A stretch of DNA of 36,214 nucleotides from Thermoproteota archaeon (GTDB lineage Archaea; Korarchaeota; Korarchaeia; B14-G2). A program made the translations under genes and the position numbers. The stretch covers positions 1 to 36,214 of the forward strand of contig JAVCBW010000053.1 of the NCBI GenBank assembly GCA_037917675.1, in the 5' to 3' direction. The notes under the pieces were generated by a model, which had not been told where the DNA came from, did no database searches, and worked only from the letters and a program-made list of their open reading frames with translations. Shown here one piece after another: positions 27,587-36,119 of this stretch (the stretch's first letter is position 1; each line of letters starts with the position of its first letter).

Positions 27587-29159
27587 CGCGGTTTAGCCTC
27601 CTGAAAGAATCCTTCAGCCTCCCATACATTTTTTCAAACTCCCCATAGACCTCACTATACGCTTTAGAGGCCTCTACTCTAGGTGTAAAAACCCTATCTA
27701 CCACCACACTCCTACAGGCCTCCTCAAAGCTATCATATACCCTTAAGCCGACAGCTGCTATGATAGAGGCTCCAACCAAGGTTACGTTCTGAGGCTCTGA
27801 GACCCTCTCAACCCTCCTCCCCAATACGTCTGCTAGGATCTGACACCACGTGTCAGAGAGTGCTGCCCCACCTACAAGCCTCACCCTATCCCTATATCCT
27901 AGTAGCCTCTCAACATAGGAATACGCCCACCTGATGTTATAGCATACACCCTCCATGATAGCCTTCAGAAGCTCTCCAACACTACTTTCAAGACCTACAT
28001 TCAACACTGCACCTCTAACATATGGGTCGTCTATAGGACACCTCTCCCCATACATCCAGGGCAGGAACACAACCTTCCCCGGCAGCTCTCCAGCACCCCT
28101 CACAAGCTCCTCTACCCTATCATACCTACCCTCTAAGCCTGTGATCTTCATCAGCCACTCCAAGGCTCCAGCTGCAACCTCCTGCTCAGCTACCAGAAGA
28201 TACCTACCTGGTATCGCACTCAAGATACTGCCAATGTAATGAGATACATCAACCATCCTCCTAGAGACATGTGCCCCCACCCAGTCGCTAGTACCAACAT
28301 ACACATGGACCTCCCCATGCCTAACTGCCCCAGAGCCTACAGCTGCTGAAGTCAAGTCTCCAGCCCCAACGAACACAGGGACCCCAGCCTCAACACCCAG
28401 TTCCCTAGCGACGCTAGGCTTCAGCCCACCAGCAGCCTCAGTCGAATCCCTTATCTCAGGAAACTTCTCAGCTGGCAAGCCATACTCCCTAAATAATGGA
28501 GGCCACCACTGAGCTCTCCCCCTCCTAGTGTCTACCAGCCACGTCAAGTTCGCCTCATCATGGCTCGTAACATAGCTTCCAGCAAAAGCACTTATCAGAT
28601 ACCCCTTGATATCAAGGAACTTGTATGTCCTCTCATATACCTCAGGCTCATACTCCCTAATCCACAGCACCTTCGATATAGGATCCTTACCAGTCTTACT
28701 AGGAGCACCTCCAGTGATCCTTAAAAGCCTCAGCAGCTTAAAGACATTATAGCCTTTGACCTTCACCAACCCTCTCCACAAGCCCCTCGGGAAGCCTACA
28801 GCCCTCTCATCAATCCATATTATCAGGTTCCTCAGAGGATTCCCCTCCACATCTACAGGAGCAACCCCAGCCATATGAGGCGAGAAAACCAAAGCCCTAA
28901 CCCTACCAGAGAGCTCCCGAGCACCATCTAAAACCATCCTCGAGAGCTCTATCAAGTCCTCCAGGAGCCTATATGGGTCTATCTCCGCCCACCCCCTCCT
29001 AGGATACAGTATCTCAGCAGGCTTACAAGCCTTCTCCAAAACCCTCAGAGCCTCAAGATCCACAAGACCTACCTTCAAAGAAGTAGTACCGACATCATAA
29101 GCTAAAACACAGCCTCCAGCAGGCAAGCTACCACCTACAGCCACAGCCCTCAAAAACAA
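27576..29159 (-). CDS. FGGY-family carbohydrate kinase (xylulokinase-like)
   Basis: LAYDVGTTSLK, WIDERA, GAGD, GTS, FLPWMYGERCP, AIMEGV, VGGAALS..W.QILADV. Confidence 0.92.
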   Translation of the reverse strand: MFLRAVAVGGSLPAGGCVLAYDVGTTSLKVGLVDLEALRVLEKACKPAEILYPRRGWAEIDPYRLLEDLIELSRMVLDGARELSGRVRALVFSPHMAGVAPVDVEGNPLRNLIIWIDERAVGFPRGLWRGLVKVKGYNVFKLLRLLRITGGAPSKTGKDPISKVLWIREYEPEVYERTYKFLDIKGYLISAFAGSYVTSHDEANLTWLVDTRRGRAQWWPPLFREYGLPAEKFPEIRDSTEAAGGLKPSVARELGVEAGVPVFVGAGDLTSAAVGSGAVRHGEVHVYVGTSDWVGAHVSRRMVDVSHYIGSILSAIPGRYLLVAEQEVAAGALEWLMKITGLEGRYDRVEELVRGAGELPGKVVFLPWMYGERCPIDDPYVRGAVLNVGLESSVGELLKAIMEGVCYNIRWAYSYVERLLGYRDRVRLVGGAALSDTWCQILADVLGRRVERVSEPQNVTLVGASIIAAVGLRVYDSFEEACRSVVVDRVFTPRVEASKAYSEVYGEFEKMYGRLKDSFRRLNRARV

Positions 29160-29222
29160 TACAAGAGCATAACGTTATAAGCTTGATGCTAACAGCAAGA
29201 CACACCAACGGAGGCCTCTACC

Positions 29223-29738
29223 ATGAAGCCCTGGCTCCTACTCCTAGACCTAGATGGGACACTATGGGACCACCATGACATATCATCCCTAAAGCCCCCC
29301 TTCAAGAAAGCTGGCAAAAACACCATCATAGACTCTAATGGAGTAGAAGTCAGAGCATATGAAGACATGATCAACCTCCTAAAGTGGGCTAAGACCAAGA
29401 ACGCCATAACATCCACCCTAAGCTGGAACATCAAAGAGATAGCAATAGAAGCCCTAAAAACCCTAGAGCTAACAAGCCTATTCGACTACCTAACAATAGA
29501 GCCCCACCCAAGAAAAGACCTCATGCTAAAAAAGCTCCTAAAAACCATCAACAAAGAAAGAGGAGTAAAAATACCACCATGCAGAATAGTATACATAGAC
29601 GACAGAGAAATCCACATCAGAGAAATCTACGAGAACATAGGCACAGTAAACTTCCTAAAAGCCTGGAAAAGCTTCAGAAACCTTCAAGACTGCATCACAA
29701 AAATAGAGAAGAAGCTCTCAAACTGCACCGAAACCTAA
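29223..29738 (+). CDS. Magnesium-dependent phosphatase-1 (HAD IIIC)
   Basis: LDLDGTLWDH, LSWN, PHPRK, IVYIDDR. Confidence 0.88.
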   Translation: MKPWLLLLDLDGTLWDHHDISSLKPPFKKAGKNTIIDSNGVEVRAYEDMINLLKWAKTKNAITSTLSWNIKEIAIEALKTLELTSLFDYLTIEPHPRKDLMLKKLLKTINKERGVKIPPCRIVYIDDREIHIREIYENIGTVNFLKAWKSFRNLQDCITKIEKKLSNCTET

Positions 29739-29740
29739 AG

Positions 29741-30014
29741 CCTTACGAGACAGCCTCAGACTCTGTGGGTACTTACGAGCACAACACACTTATATCGCCT
29801 CCTCGAATCTCACATAGCTCGGTGACTGAAGCGTCAAAGCCTCACAAAAGGGGGTGTAGCGGATTCAGGCTAAGGATGTGGGGTTTCCCCCTAGGGGGTT
29901 ACCCTGAAAGGAGAAGAAGACCAATGGTATGCTCCCAATAAACCCTGAGAGAGCTGAAGTCGATGTATCCCAAGGCGTATATAAGCCCACAAACGCTCAC
30001 ATACACTGAACCCC
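29741..30014 (+). mobile_element. Non-autonomous IS607-like MITE (about 274 bp)
   Basis: Starts CC with repeated CTTACGAG; contains AGGATGTGGGGTTTCCCC and ends CTGAACCCC, matching the 3' part of the tnpB relic at 25288-25490. Confidence 0.65.
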
Positions 30015-30051
30015 CCTACCTACACTAGCATATGAATCGTTAATTGCCCAC

Positions 30052-30639
30052 CTACCACAAGAATAGCCTCATAAGCATCACTAGGATACCTGCTAACACC
30101 GGTATGTTAAACCCCACTATAAGCTTCTCAAGAAGACCAACACGCCTATCCACATAATACCTAAGATCCTCAAACCTCCTGTTAACATCATCAAAACGCC
30201 TATTCATGTCCTCAAACCTCTTGTTAATATCCTCAAAATGCCTATTCATATCCTCAAACCTCTTGTTAATGTCCTCGAACCTCCTATTCATGTCCTCGAA
30301 CCTCTTGTTAATCTCCTCAAACCTCCTGTTAATGTCCTCGAATCTCTTGTTGATGTCCTCGAACCTCCTATTCATGTCCTCAAACCTCTTATTTACATCA
30401 TTGAACCTCCTGTTTACGTCCTCAAACCTCCTGTTTATCTCCTCAAATCTCTTCTCCATCAGCTCCATCAGCAGCTTCAGGTCTTCTTTCGTCGCCAGCT
30501 TATCCCATGGAGCTAGCTTCACCAGTACACTATAGAGTATCTCTGGCTTAGCTTCAAGAGCCTCAGCTATAATCTGAGGATGCTCCATCAAAACCCTCTT
30601 AACATCCTCCACCAAAGACAAGAGACCCCCAGCAACCAA
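30052..30639 (-). CDS. Coiled-coil repeat protein with C-terminal membrane anchor
   Basis: LATKEDLK motif, 14 heptads (K/R)RFED(I/M/V)N, C-terminal hydrophobic helix. Confidence 0.82.
   Translation of the reverse strand: MVAGGLLSLVEDVKRVLMEHPQIIAEALEAKPEILYSVLVKLAPWDKLATKEDLKLLMELMEKRFEEINRRFEDVNRRFNDVNKRFEDMNRRFEDINKRFEDINRRFEEINKRFEDMNRRFEDINKRFEDMNRHFEDINKRFEDMNRRFDDVNRRFEDLRYYVDRRVGLLEKLIVGFNIPVLAGILVMLMRLFLW
30160..30453 (-). repeat. Coding tandem repeat, 14 x 21 bp
   Basis: Degenerate 21-nt unit encoding (K/R)RFED(I/M/V)N; no spacers. Confidence 0.92.
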
Positions 30640-30893
30640 AGAACCAGCATTTAATAAACATTAAAGAAACAATAGAAGCCTACGATCCCACAACCCCTCC
30701 TCACAAAACCAATGAAAACTTAGAATACAGCAAAATAGAAGCTACAGCCACCCAGAGAACAGCAACAGACAACAACACCACATCTCCATACTCCCTTAAC
30801 ACATCAAAGTCATAAAGTAGCGGAGAACCAGAACAAGGCCTTAAGGTTCTCCGCAACCAGGCTTAAGCAGCTGGAGGACTCAGCCAAACTCCT

Positions 30894-30913
30894 TATAGGC
30901 TAGAAAGCCTATA
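30894..30913. terminator. Hairpin TATAGGCT-AGAA-AGCCTATA just after the HEPN stop
   Basis: Perfect 8-bp inverted repeat 3 nt downstream of the HEPN gene; terminator role is inferred. Confidence 0.35.
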
Positions 30914-30916
30914 CCT

Positions 30917-31357
30917 CTACAGCCTATAATGGTGCTCTAGCCTTCCAAGTATGATCTCCATAATCTCCTTAGCCCTCTTAGCTCTTGAGAGAGCCTCAGA
31001 AGCACTCTCCTCATCATATATGTCCCATGGTGTAAGTCCTCTCAAGGGCTCACCGTATGTTGCTCTACCATGCTCTGGTGCAAGCCTCCTAGCTATGTCA
31101 GCAAGCTCCTCAGCTAGCTTCTTCAGATCAGGAGGCAGCATCAGCGAGACCTCCAGTAGCTCATGAGATGGGTCATGGCTCCAGCTTGGTATCCTAAACA
31201 AAGCTATGATAGCTTTAGCTGAGCTCTCAGCGCTAAGCTGAGAAGAAGCCACCACACCTCTATAGTCTCCTCGCCTAAAAGCCTCCTCAGCTTCAGCCAG
31301 ATACCTGGTAGCAAGCTTAACCCTATAAGAAACCTCACCCCTAGGGTTAAGCCTCAA
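30917..31357 (-). CDS. HEPN domain protein (MNT-HEPN toxin)
   Basis: YLAEAEEAFRRGDY, SQLSAESSAKA, SHD, RATYGEP, ASEAL; likely TTG start 31357 overlapping the MNT stop. Confidence 0.88.
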   Translation of the reverse strand: MRLNPRGEVSYRVKLATRYLAEAEEAFRRGDYRGVVASSQLSAESSAKAIIALFRIPSWSHDPSHELLEVSLMLPPDLKKLAEELADIARRLAPEHGRATYGEPLRGLTPWDIYDEESASEALSRAKRAKEIMEIILGRLEHHYRL

Positions 31358-31814
31358 CCTCCACAACCCCAATAGGCTTACCATCAGCTCTCTTCCACCC
31401 ATACTTCCCATCAGGCGTCCTATACCTCACGAGACCAGCCTTCTCAACAAGCTCAACAGCCTTCATCTTCAGCCTCCTAAGCACACCAAGCTCATCATAC
31501 ACCACAATACCATCATAAAGAGCATTAAGAAGCAGCGGAGTAACCTCCAGAACACCCCTCAAGAAGTCAGCTAAATCCACATCCACCAGCGTAAGCGGCC
31601 TCCCAACACGCCTAGCCAAAACACTATAAATCTCCTCCCTAGCTCTCAAGCCCCTCAAGCCCCTCACCACAACAAGAACATCAACATCACTACCCTCAGA
31701 AGCCTCCCCCCTAGAATAGCTCCCAAAAAGCAGCAAGCCAACAAAACCCTCACCAAAAACCCGCTTCAAGTCCCTGGAAGCCTCCTCCAACACCCTCAAA
31801 ACATCCCCAAGCAT
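31347..31814 (-). CDS. Minimal nucleotidyltransferase (MNT antitoxin)
   Basis: LFGSYSRGEASEGSDVDVLVV (GSx10DxD); likely ATG 31814. Confidence 0.9.
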   Translation of the reverse strand: MLGDVLRVLEEASRDLKRVFGEGFVGLLLFGSYSRGEASEGSDVDVLVVVRGLRGLRAREEIYSVLARRVGRPLTLVDVDLADFLRGVLEVTPLLLNALYDGIVVYDELGVLRRLKMKAVELVEKAGLVRYRTPDGKYGWKRADGKPIGVVEVEA

Positions 31815-31944
31815 CAACACCAACACCCAACCACACAAAACAATTCCAACACCAGCCACTCTTATAGCTTCCCCCACACATACAACAACCCCTATAAGAA
31901 GCATAGAAAAACCCAAGAAACCTCAAAGACAACAGCCTATATCT

Positions 31945-32385
31945 GTGATAGAAGAGGCGGTGAAGGTAGTCTCCGGAGAACTGGGGATAAAGGCGGCAAG
32001 CATCGACAAGCTGGAGGAGGTTGTGGGTAGAGGTGCTACAATGATTATGGCTGAGGAGAGGGAGGGGTGTATGGTATTTGTGGTTAGATCAGCGACTGAC
32101 AGGGGAAGCGTAACCATTGAACTTCTTGGAGGCAAAGTGAGAGAAATCCTAAGTGATAAAGGCGAAGATGGGGGGTTGCAAGGGAGGCAGCGGAGAAACT
32201 CGAAGAAATTAGAGGCAGGGGTAGAAGGGTGCTGGTGGAGTTCTTGTAAAATCAGGATTCAGGGTCTAGTGATTACCAAACATAGAGCTAACATCGAGAC
32301 TTTGAGGGTAAACCCTGTCGAGGAGGCTGGGTTGAGGTGGAGTTCACGGGGATCGGTGGAGTTTGCTGGAAGGTGCAGGGAATAA
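31945..32385 (+). other. Possible hypothetical gene or gene remnant
   Basis: Purine-rich, protein-like N-terminal half, but apparent frame switch near 32175; no family recognised. Confidence 0.3.
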
Positions 32386-32449
32386 ACGAGCAGCGTGCTG
32401 CTAAGAGGTGCTGAAGCTCTCGAGATCCATGTCCACTAGCGTTATCGCG

Positions 32450-32686
32450 TCAAAGACGTGGCTGACTCTCCGCTACAATCGAGTAGAGCAGCCTCCTATG
32501 CTCCACCAGGTCTGCTAGAGGCACACCCTCATGTAGGATCAGCAAGCCTACATCACTTCTCTCAGTCACCTCACCACGCGTAGCAGAGCCGAATAGCAGC
32601 ACCACTTTAACATACTCAGGGAGCCTCTCAAGGCTTCTACGCAACTCCTCGACAACCTCTGACACAGACCTCACAGCGACCACCAA
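32450..32686 (-). pseudogene. Truncated MNT nucleotidyltransferase
   Basis: LLFGSATRGEVTERSDVGLL (second catalytic Asp replaced by Gly); only 78 aa; no partner HEPN. Confidence 0.7.
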
Positions 32687-32696
32687 GCCTCCTATG

Positions 32697-32860
32697 CTTC
32701 ACTTTGACTCCAATAGCTTAGCTACCTCAGGCCTCGCAATCAAGCCACCATAGAGCCACATATCGACCAGAGCATCGACCATAACCTAACCCTGCCTCCA
32801 CAAAGCCCCACATCAACGTAACGCTACCCACACGCTCCCTCTTCAGCAGCTTCACCAAAT
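32697..32860 (-). pseudogene. Retropepsin-like protease remnant
   Basis: VMVDALVDMWLYGGLIARPEVAKLL resembles ALVDTGFxGxL..PxxVAxxL. Confidence 0.45.
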
Positions 32861-32924
32861 CTCCTCTCGTTAGCTCCTCTAGAAATAGTATTAATGCCTA
32901 GTATATAGCTTTTCAGGGTTTGTC

Positions 32925-33180
32925 ATGGCTACCGTGAGAGCTTGAAGAGAGCGAAGAAAGACATCGCTTTAGTTGACACAGAGGCATCTATAGCAATATT
33001 GGATAGAAGTGTAGCTGACGTTATAGGAGTCAAAGCAACAGGATAAAGAGGGTACTTGCGGCATCCCCCAGACATAAAGTTGAGGATGAGATTCTGACTG
33101 AGGTTGTTTCTAGGAATAGAGAGCCTTATGAGTTTGAGAGAATGCTTGAAAGAGAGGCTAGAAGATGACTATGATCGGTG
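32925..33180 (+). pseudogene. Retropepsin-like protease remnant
   Basis: EDIALVDTEASIAILDRSVADVIGVKATG followed by a stop and frameshifts. Confidence 0.55.
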
Positions 33181-33246
33181 GCACGGTAAATCTTAAATTA
33201 CACCAGATAATCTCCATCCTCCATTCTACTAGAGTGGGAGAGAACA

Positions 33247-33726
33247 ATGTCTACCATAACGCTAGAACAGGCTGTAATTAACGTACTGGAGGAGGCTAAA
33301 GGCATTCTTACATTACATCCGGATCTTTTCATTTTAGTTAATAAGCAAGTTGTAAGAAGACTTTCTGAAGCCTCGAGAAGCTTAAACGATAAGGAATCCT
33401 TACTCCTAAGCTCTTCTTTTACAAGCTTTGGCTTGCCATTCGGAGAGCACTATAATAGATTTTTTGGAGGTAAATTTAGGGGAAATGAATGCAGCAAAAG
33501 ACTCGCTGAGAGGGGGTTGGCTGAGGGAGAAATAGTTATCGCAGCCACAGCTGTTAATGAGTTGAACATTAAGGGAGGAGCTTTTGGTGAGATAAGAGTG
33601 AGTAGCAGATTTTTTGGCAAAGATCCGCTTTTAATGCCTTTGAAGAGAATTCAAAAGAGCTTATGCTGTCAACATGTAGAGTGGGATGGAGTGTTGAGAT
33701 TCAAGAAGAGGAAGGTTGCTGGTTGA
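33247..33726 (+). CDS. Hypothetical protein; N-terminal part weakly MoaD/ThiS-like
   Basis: TLEQAV...DLFILVNKQ...RSLNDKESLLL resembles a beta-grasp segment but lacks the terminal GG. Confidence 0.4.
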   Translation: MSTITLEQAVINVLEEAKGILTLHPDLFILVNKQVVRRLSEASRSLNDKESLLLSSSFTSFGLPFGEHYNRFFGGKFRGNECSKRLAERGLAEGEIVIAATAVNELNIKGGAFGEIRVSSRFFGKDPLLMPLKRIQKSLCCQHVEWDGVLRFKKRKVAG

Positions 33727-34922
33727 GGCTGAGAGGCTTGAGCCATAAAATCCTACCTTTCTACGTTCCTCCCACACTTGTTGTAAGGCAGGCGGTTACC
33801 GCGCTAGCCTTTAAAATGGCTACTGGCTGGAGGTTTGAGGAGAGATGGCTTAAGTCTCTGGGTAGGCTTTTAAAGGTTGCGGCTGGGGCTAGATATGCAG
33901 GATGCTTTGGCTATGAGCCTCACCCCGTGTTAGAAGTGACTGGCCGCTGTAACTTGAATTGTATCCATTGTGAGGTTAGGGGAGGGGAGGCTGAAGCCGA
34001 CCCTCCACTAGCCCAAATATACAGGATGATTAATTCAATCGCAACAGTGCCTGAATTCCGGATGCTAGTTCTAACTGGTGGAGAGCCGCTTCTCAGAAAG
34101 GATATTTACGACATAGTTAAGTATGCTAAGGATATAGGCTTTGAAGTGACTATAGCAACTAATGGCACTTTGATTTCTAGGGAGGCTGCTAGGAGGCTTT
34201 CATCACTAGATATTACTGGGGTTGCTATAAGCTTAGACTTTATGGAGCCTGAGCTTCAAGACAGGTTTCGAGGAAAGCATGGAGCATGGAAGAAAGCCTT
34301 AGAGGGTATGGAAAATGCTGTGAGAGAAGGCCTATACCTACAGGTGAACATAGCACTATCAAGGCTAAACCTCCAAGAACTCCCACAGCTTCTAAGATTT
34401 GCTGATGAACTAGGCTCGTGCGTAGTACTCCTATACCAGTTTCAACCATTTGGGAGAGGCTCACTAAGGGAGGAAATAGCCTTAACTCCAGCAGAATTTC
34501 TCAAAGTAATTGAAGCGGCTTCCTCCTTACAGAGGGAGCTCAAAACACTGGTTGTACCTGTGGGGCTCCCTGAATATTTTGCTTATCTGGCAGGTAAAGC
34601 CCCCTTGTTGAGTAAGATGTTCAGAGGCTGCATAGCTGGTAGAGGGATGTTCTATGTGAAATGGTATGGCGATGTTTGGCCCTGCGTCTTCCTTCAAACA
34701 AGCGTGGGCAACATACTGGAGAAGCGAGCACTAGAAATATGGAAAGAGAGCGAATTGCTTGCAAAGCTTAGGGATAGAAGCAATTTTGGTGAGCCTTGCA
34801 GGTCATGCCAGCATAGGGAGAATTGTGGTGGATGTAGATCAAGAGCGTATCTATTGACAGGCGACCCACTAGCAGCGGACCCAGCATGCCCACTTACTCA
34901 ACAATCTAAGTTAGTGGGCTGA
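33663..34922 (+). CDS. Radical SAM protein with SPASM domain (AhbC/AhbD/NirJ-like)
   Basis: CNLNCIHC, TGGEPLLR, TNG, SPASM CIAG...GDVWPC...CRSC...CGGCRSRA...DPAC; start uncertain. Confidence 0.9.
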   Translation: MLSTCRVGWSVEIQEEEGCWLRLRGLSHKILPFYVPPTLVVRQAVTALAFKMATGWRFEERWLKSLGRLLKVAAGARYAGCFGYEPHPVLEVTGRCNLNCIHCEVRGGEAEADPPLAQIYRMINSIATVPEFRMLVLTGGEPLLRKDIYDIVKYAKDIGFEVTIATNGTLISREAARRLSSLDITGVAISLDFMEPELQDRFRGKHGAWKKALEGMENAVREGLYLQVNIALSRLNLQELPQLLRFADELGSCVVLLYQFQPFGRGSLREEIALTPAEFLKVIEAASSLQRELKTLVVPVGLPEYFAYLAGKAPLLSKMFRGCIAGRGMFYVKWYGDVWPCVFLQTSVGNILEKRALEIWKESELLAKLRDRSNFGEPCRSCQHRENCGGCRSRAYLLTGDPLAADPACPLTQQSKLVG

Positions 34923-35039
34923 GACAAATAATGGTCGTATATGTGACATTAATTTGATCTTTTGTAACGTCAAGTCTTTATAGGGATAGGTGGCCTCTAT
35001 AGGTTGGCTCTTACTCAGGATGTGGGAGAGTGGTGAGAG

Positions 35040-35185
35040 GTGGGAAGCCTGAAGGAGTGGAGCCTCAGCAAGACGGATGTGGGGAGCCCGGTTCACCCCG
35101 AAAGTCCGTCGATGAAACCTGAGATGGGAAGGTTCACCGCTACAAGTGTAGTGAAAGCCACGAAAGCAGCAGAGAACCAGGACAG
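35040..35185 (+). mobile_element. IS607/tnpB right-end relic (omegaRNA-like) between the radical SAM gene and menA
   Basis: 35076-35185 aligns with 1479-1589 (GATGTGGG-AGC...CCCCGAAAG...ATGAAACC-GAG...GGGAAGG...AAGCCA-GAAAG...CCAG-AC-G); 35040-35072 resembles tnp[11 protein letters not shown] codons. Left end may extend to about 34925. Confidence 0.75.
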
Positions 35186-35192
35186 GGGGAAG

Positions 35193-36119
35193 ATGGGTTC
35201 CCAGTGGAAAGCCTGGATCAGGGTTGTTAGACCAAAGTTCTTCCTAGCAGGCATACCCTCAGTTATCTTAGGCACAGCCATCTCTTGGCATTTAGCCAGA
35301 ATCTTCGACCTATCCTACTTTTTGCTGACCCTCTTGGGCATTATATTTGCGATGGCTGGCTGCTATACATTAAACGAGTATTTCGACTTCAAGAGCTGTG
35401 TAGACTTGATTGTTAAAGAGGAGGATATAACTCCTTTTAGTGCTGGCAGCCGTGTGCTTCCTGAAGGCTTAATCTCGCCTCCACTTGTACTTAAAGCTGG
35501 CATAATCTTCTGGCTACTAGCTTCAATGATAGGAGCTTACCTCACATTGGTTAGAGGCTGGCTGATAGTCATTTTTGCTCTAGCTGGCATGCTTGCAGGC
35601 GTATTCTACACGTCTCCTCCTTTCAAGTGGGCCTACCGTGGAATAGGCGAAGCCTTAATCGGGCTAACCTATGGCCCCCTCATAACTCTTGGAAGCTGCT
35701 ACGTTCAGCACACCAATCCTTCGCTACTAACACCAGCCATTTTGCCATCCTTAATCCCAGGGTTCCTCATAACAGCCGTAATATGGATAAATGAGCTTCC
35801 AGACTATTTCGCTGATAAAGAAGCTGGGAAAAAGAATTTAGTCGTGAGAGTTGGAAGAGAAAAAGCTAGCAACATCTACATTCTCCTCCTAATAGTCCCC
35901 TACCTACTACTATCCCTAGGGGTTTTAGTGGGTCAACTTCCACCATCAACCCTAATAGCACTATTAACCATACCAATAGCCTACAGAAACATAGCTACCG
36001 TCAGGAAAAAGTATAACAAACCCAAGGAACTCATTCCAGCAATGAAGGGGACAATCCTACTATTCACTTTAACTTCACTTCTCCTATCCTTAGGATACAT
36101 TACTGGGGTTCACGATTGA
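35193..36119 (+). CDS. menA: UbiA-family prenyltransferase, MenA-like
   Basis: W...RPKF, NEYFDF..VD, SAGSR, YTSPPF...YRGIGE, INELPD...DKEAGKKNLVVRVG; ATG 35193. Confidence 0.85.
   Translation: MGSQWKAWIRVVRPKFFLAGIPSVILGTAISWHLARIFDLSYFLLTLLGIIFAMAGCYTLNEYFDFKSCVDLIVKEEDITPFSAGSRVLPEGLISPPLVLKAGIIFWLLASMIGAYLTLVRGWLIVIFALAGMLAGVFYTSPPFKWAYRGIGEALIGLTYGPLITLGSCYVQHTNPSLLTPAILPSLIPGFLITAVIWINELPDYFADKEAGKKNLVVRVGREKASNIYILLLIVPYLLLSLGVLVGQLPPSTLIALLTIPIAYRNIATVRKKYNKPKELIPAMKGTILLFTLTSLLLSLGYITGVHD

Noticed and set aside
29579-29941. 120-aa ORF
   Set aside because: Off-frame overlap of MDP-1 running into the MITE.
30160-30453. Possible CRISPR array
   Set aside because: Contiguous 21-bp degenerate units with no unique spacers, in frame in a coiled-coil ORF; no cas genes.
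30701-30781. Small hydrophobic peptide on the minus strand (VVLLSVAVLWVAVASILLYSKFSLVL)
   Set aside because: Hydrophobicity is expected from the local G/T-rich minus strand; start signals are ambiguous.
1590-33180. Frameshifts as sequencing error or programmed recoding
   Set aside because: Core genes in the same window are intact and breaks cluster in accessory loci with multiple lesions, so decay is the simpler reading; read-level data would be needed to exclude errors fully.
35040-35192. N-terminal extension of MenA
   Set aside because: It translates the tnpB tail relic (DVGSPVHPESPSMKPE); MenA homology starts at ATG 35193.
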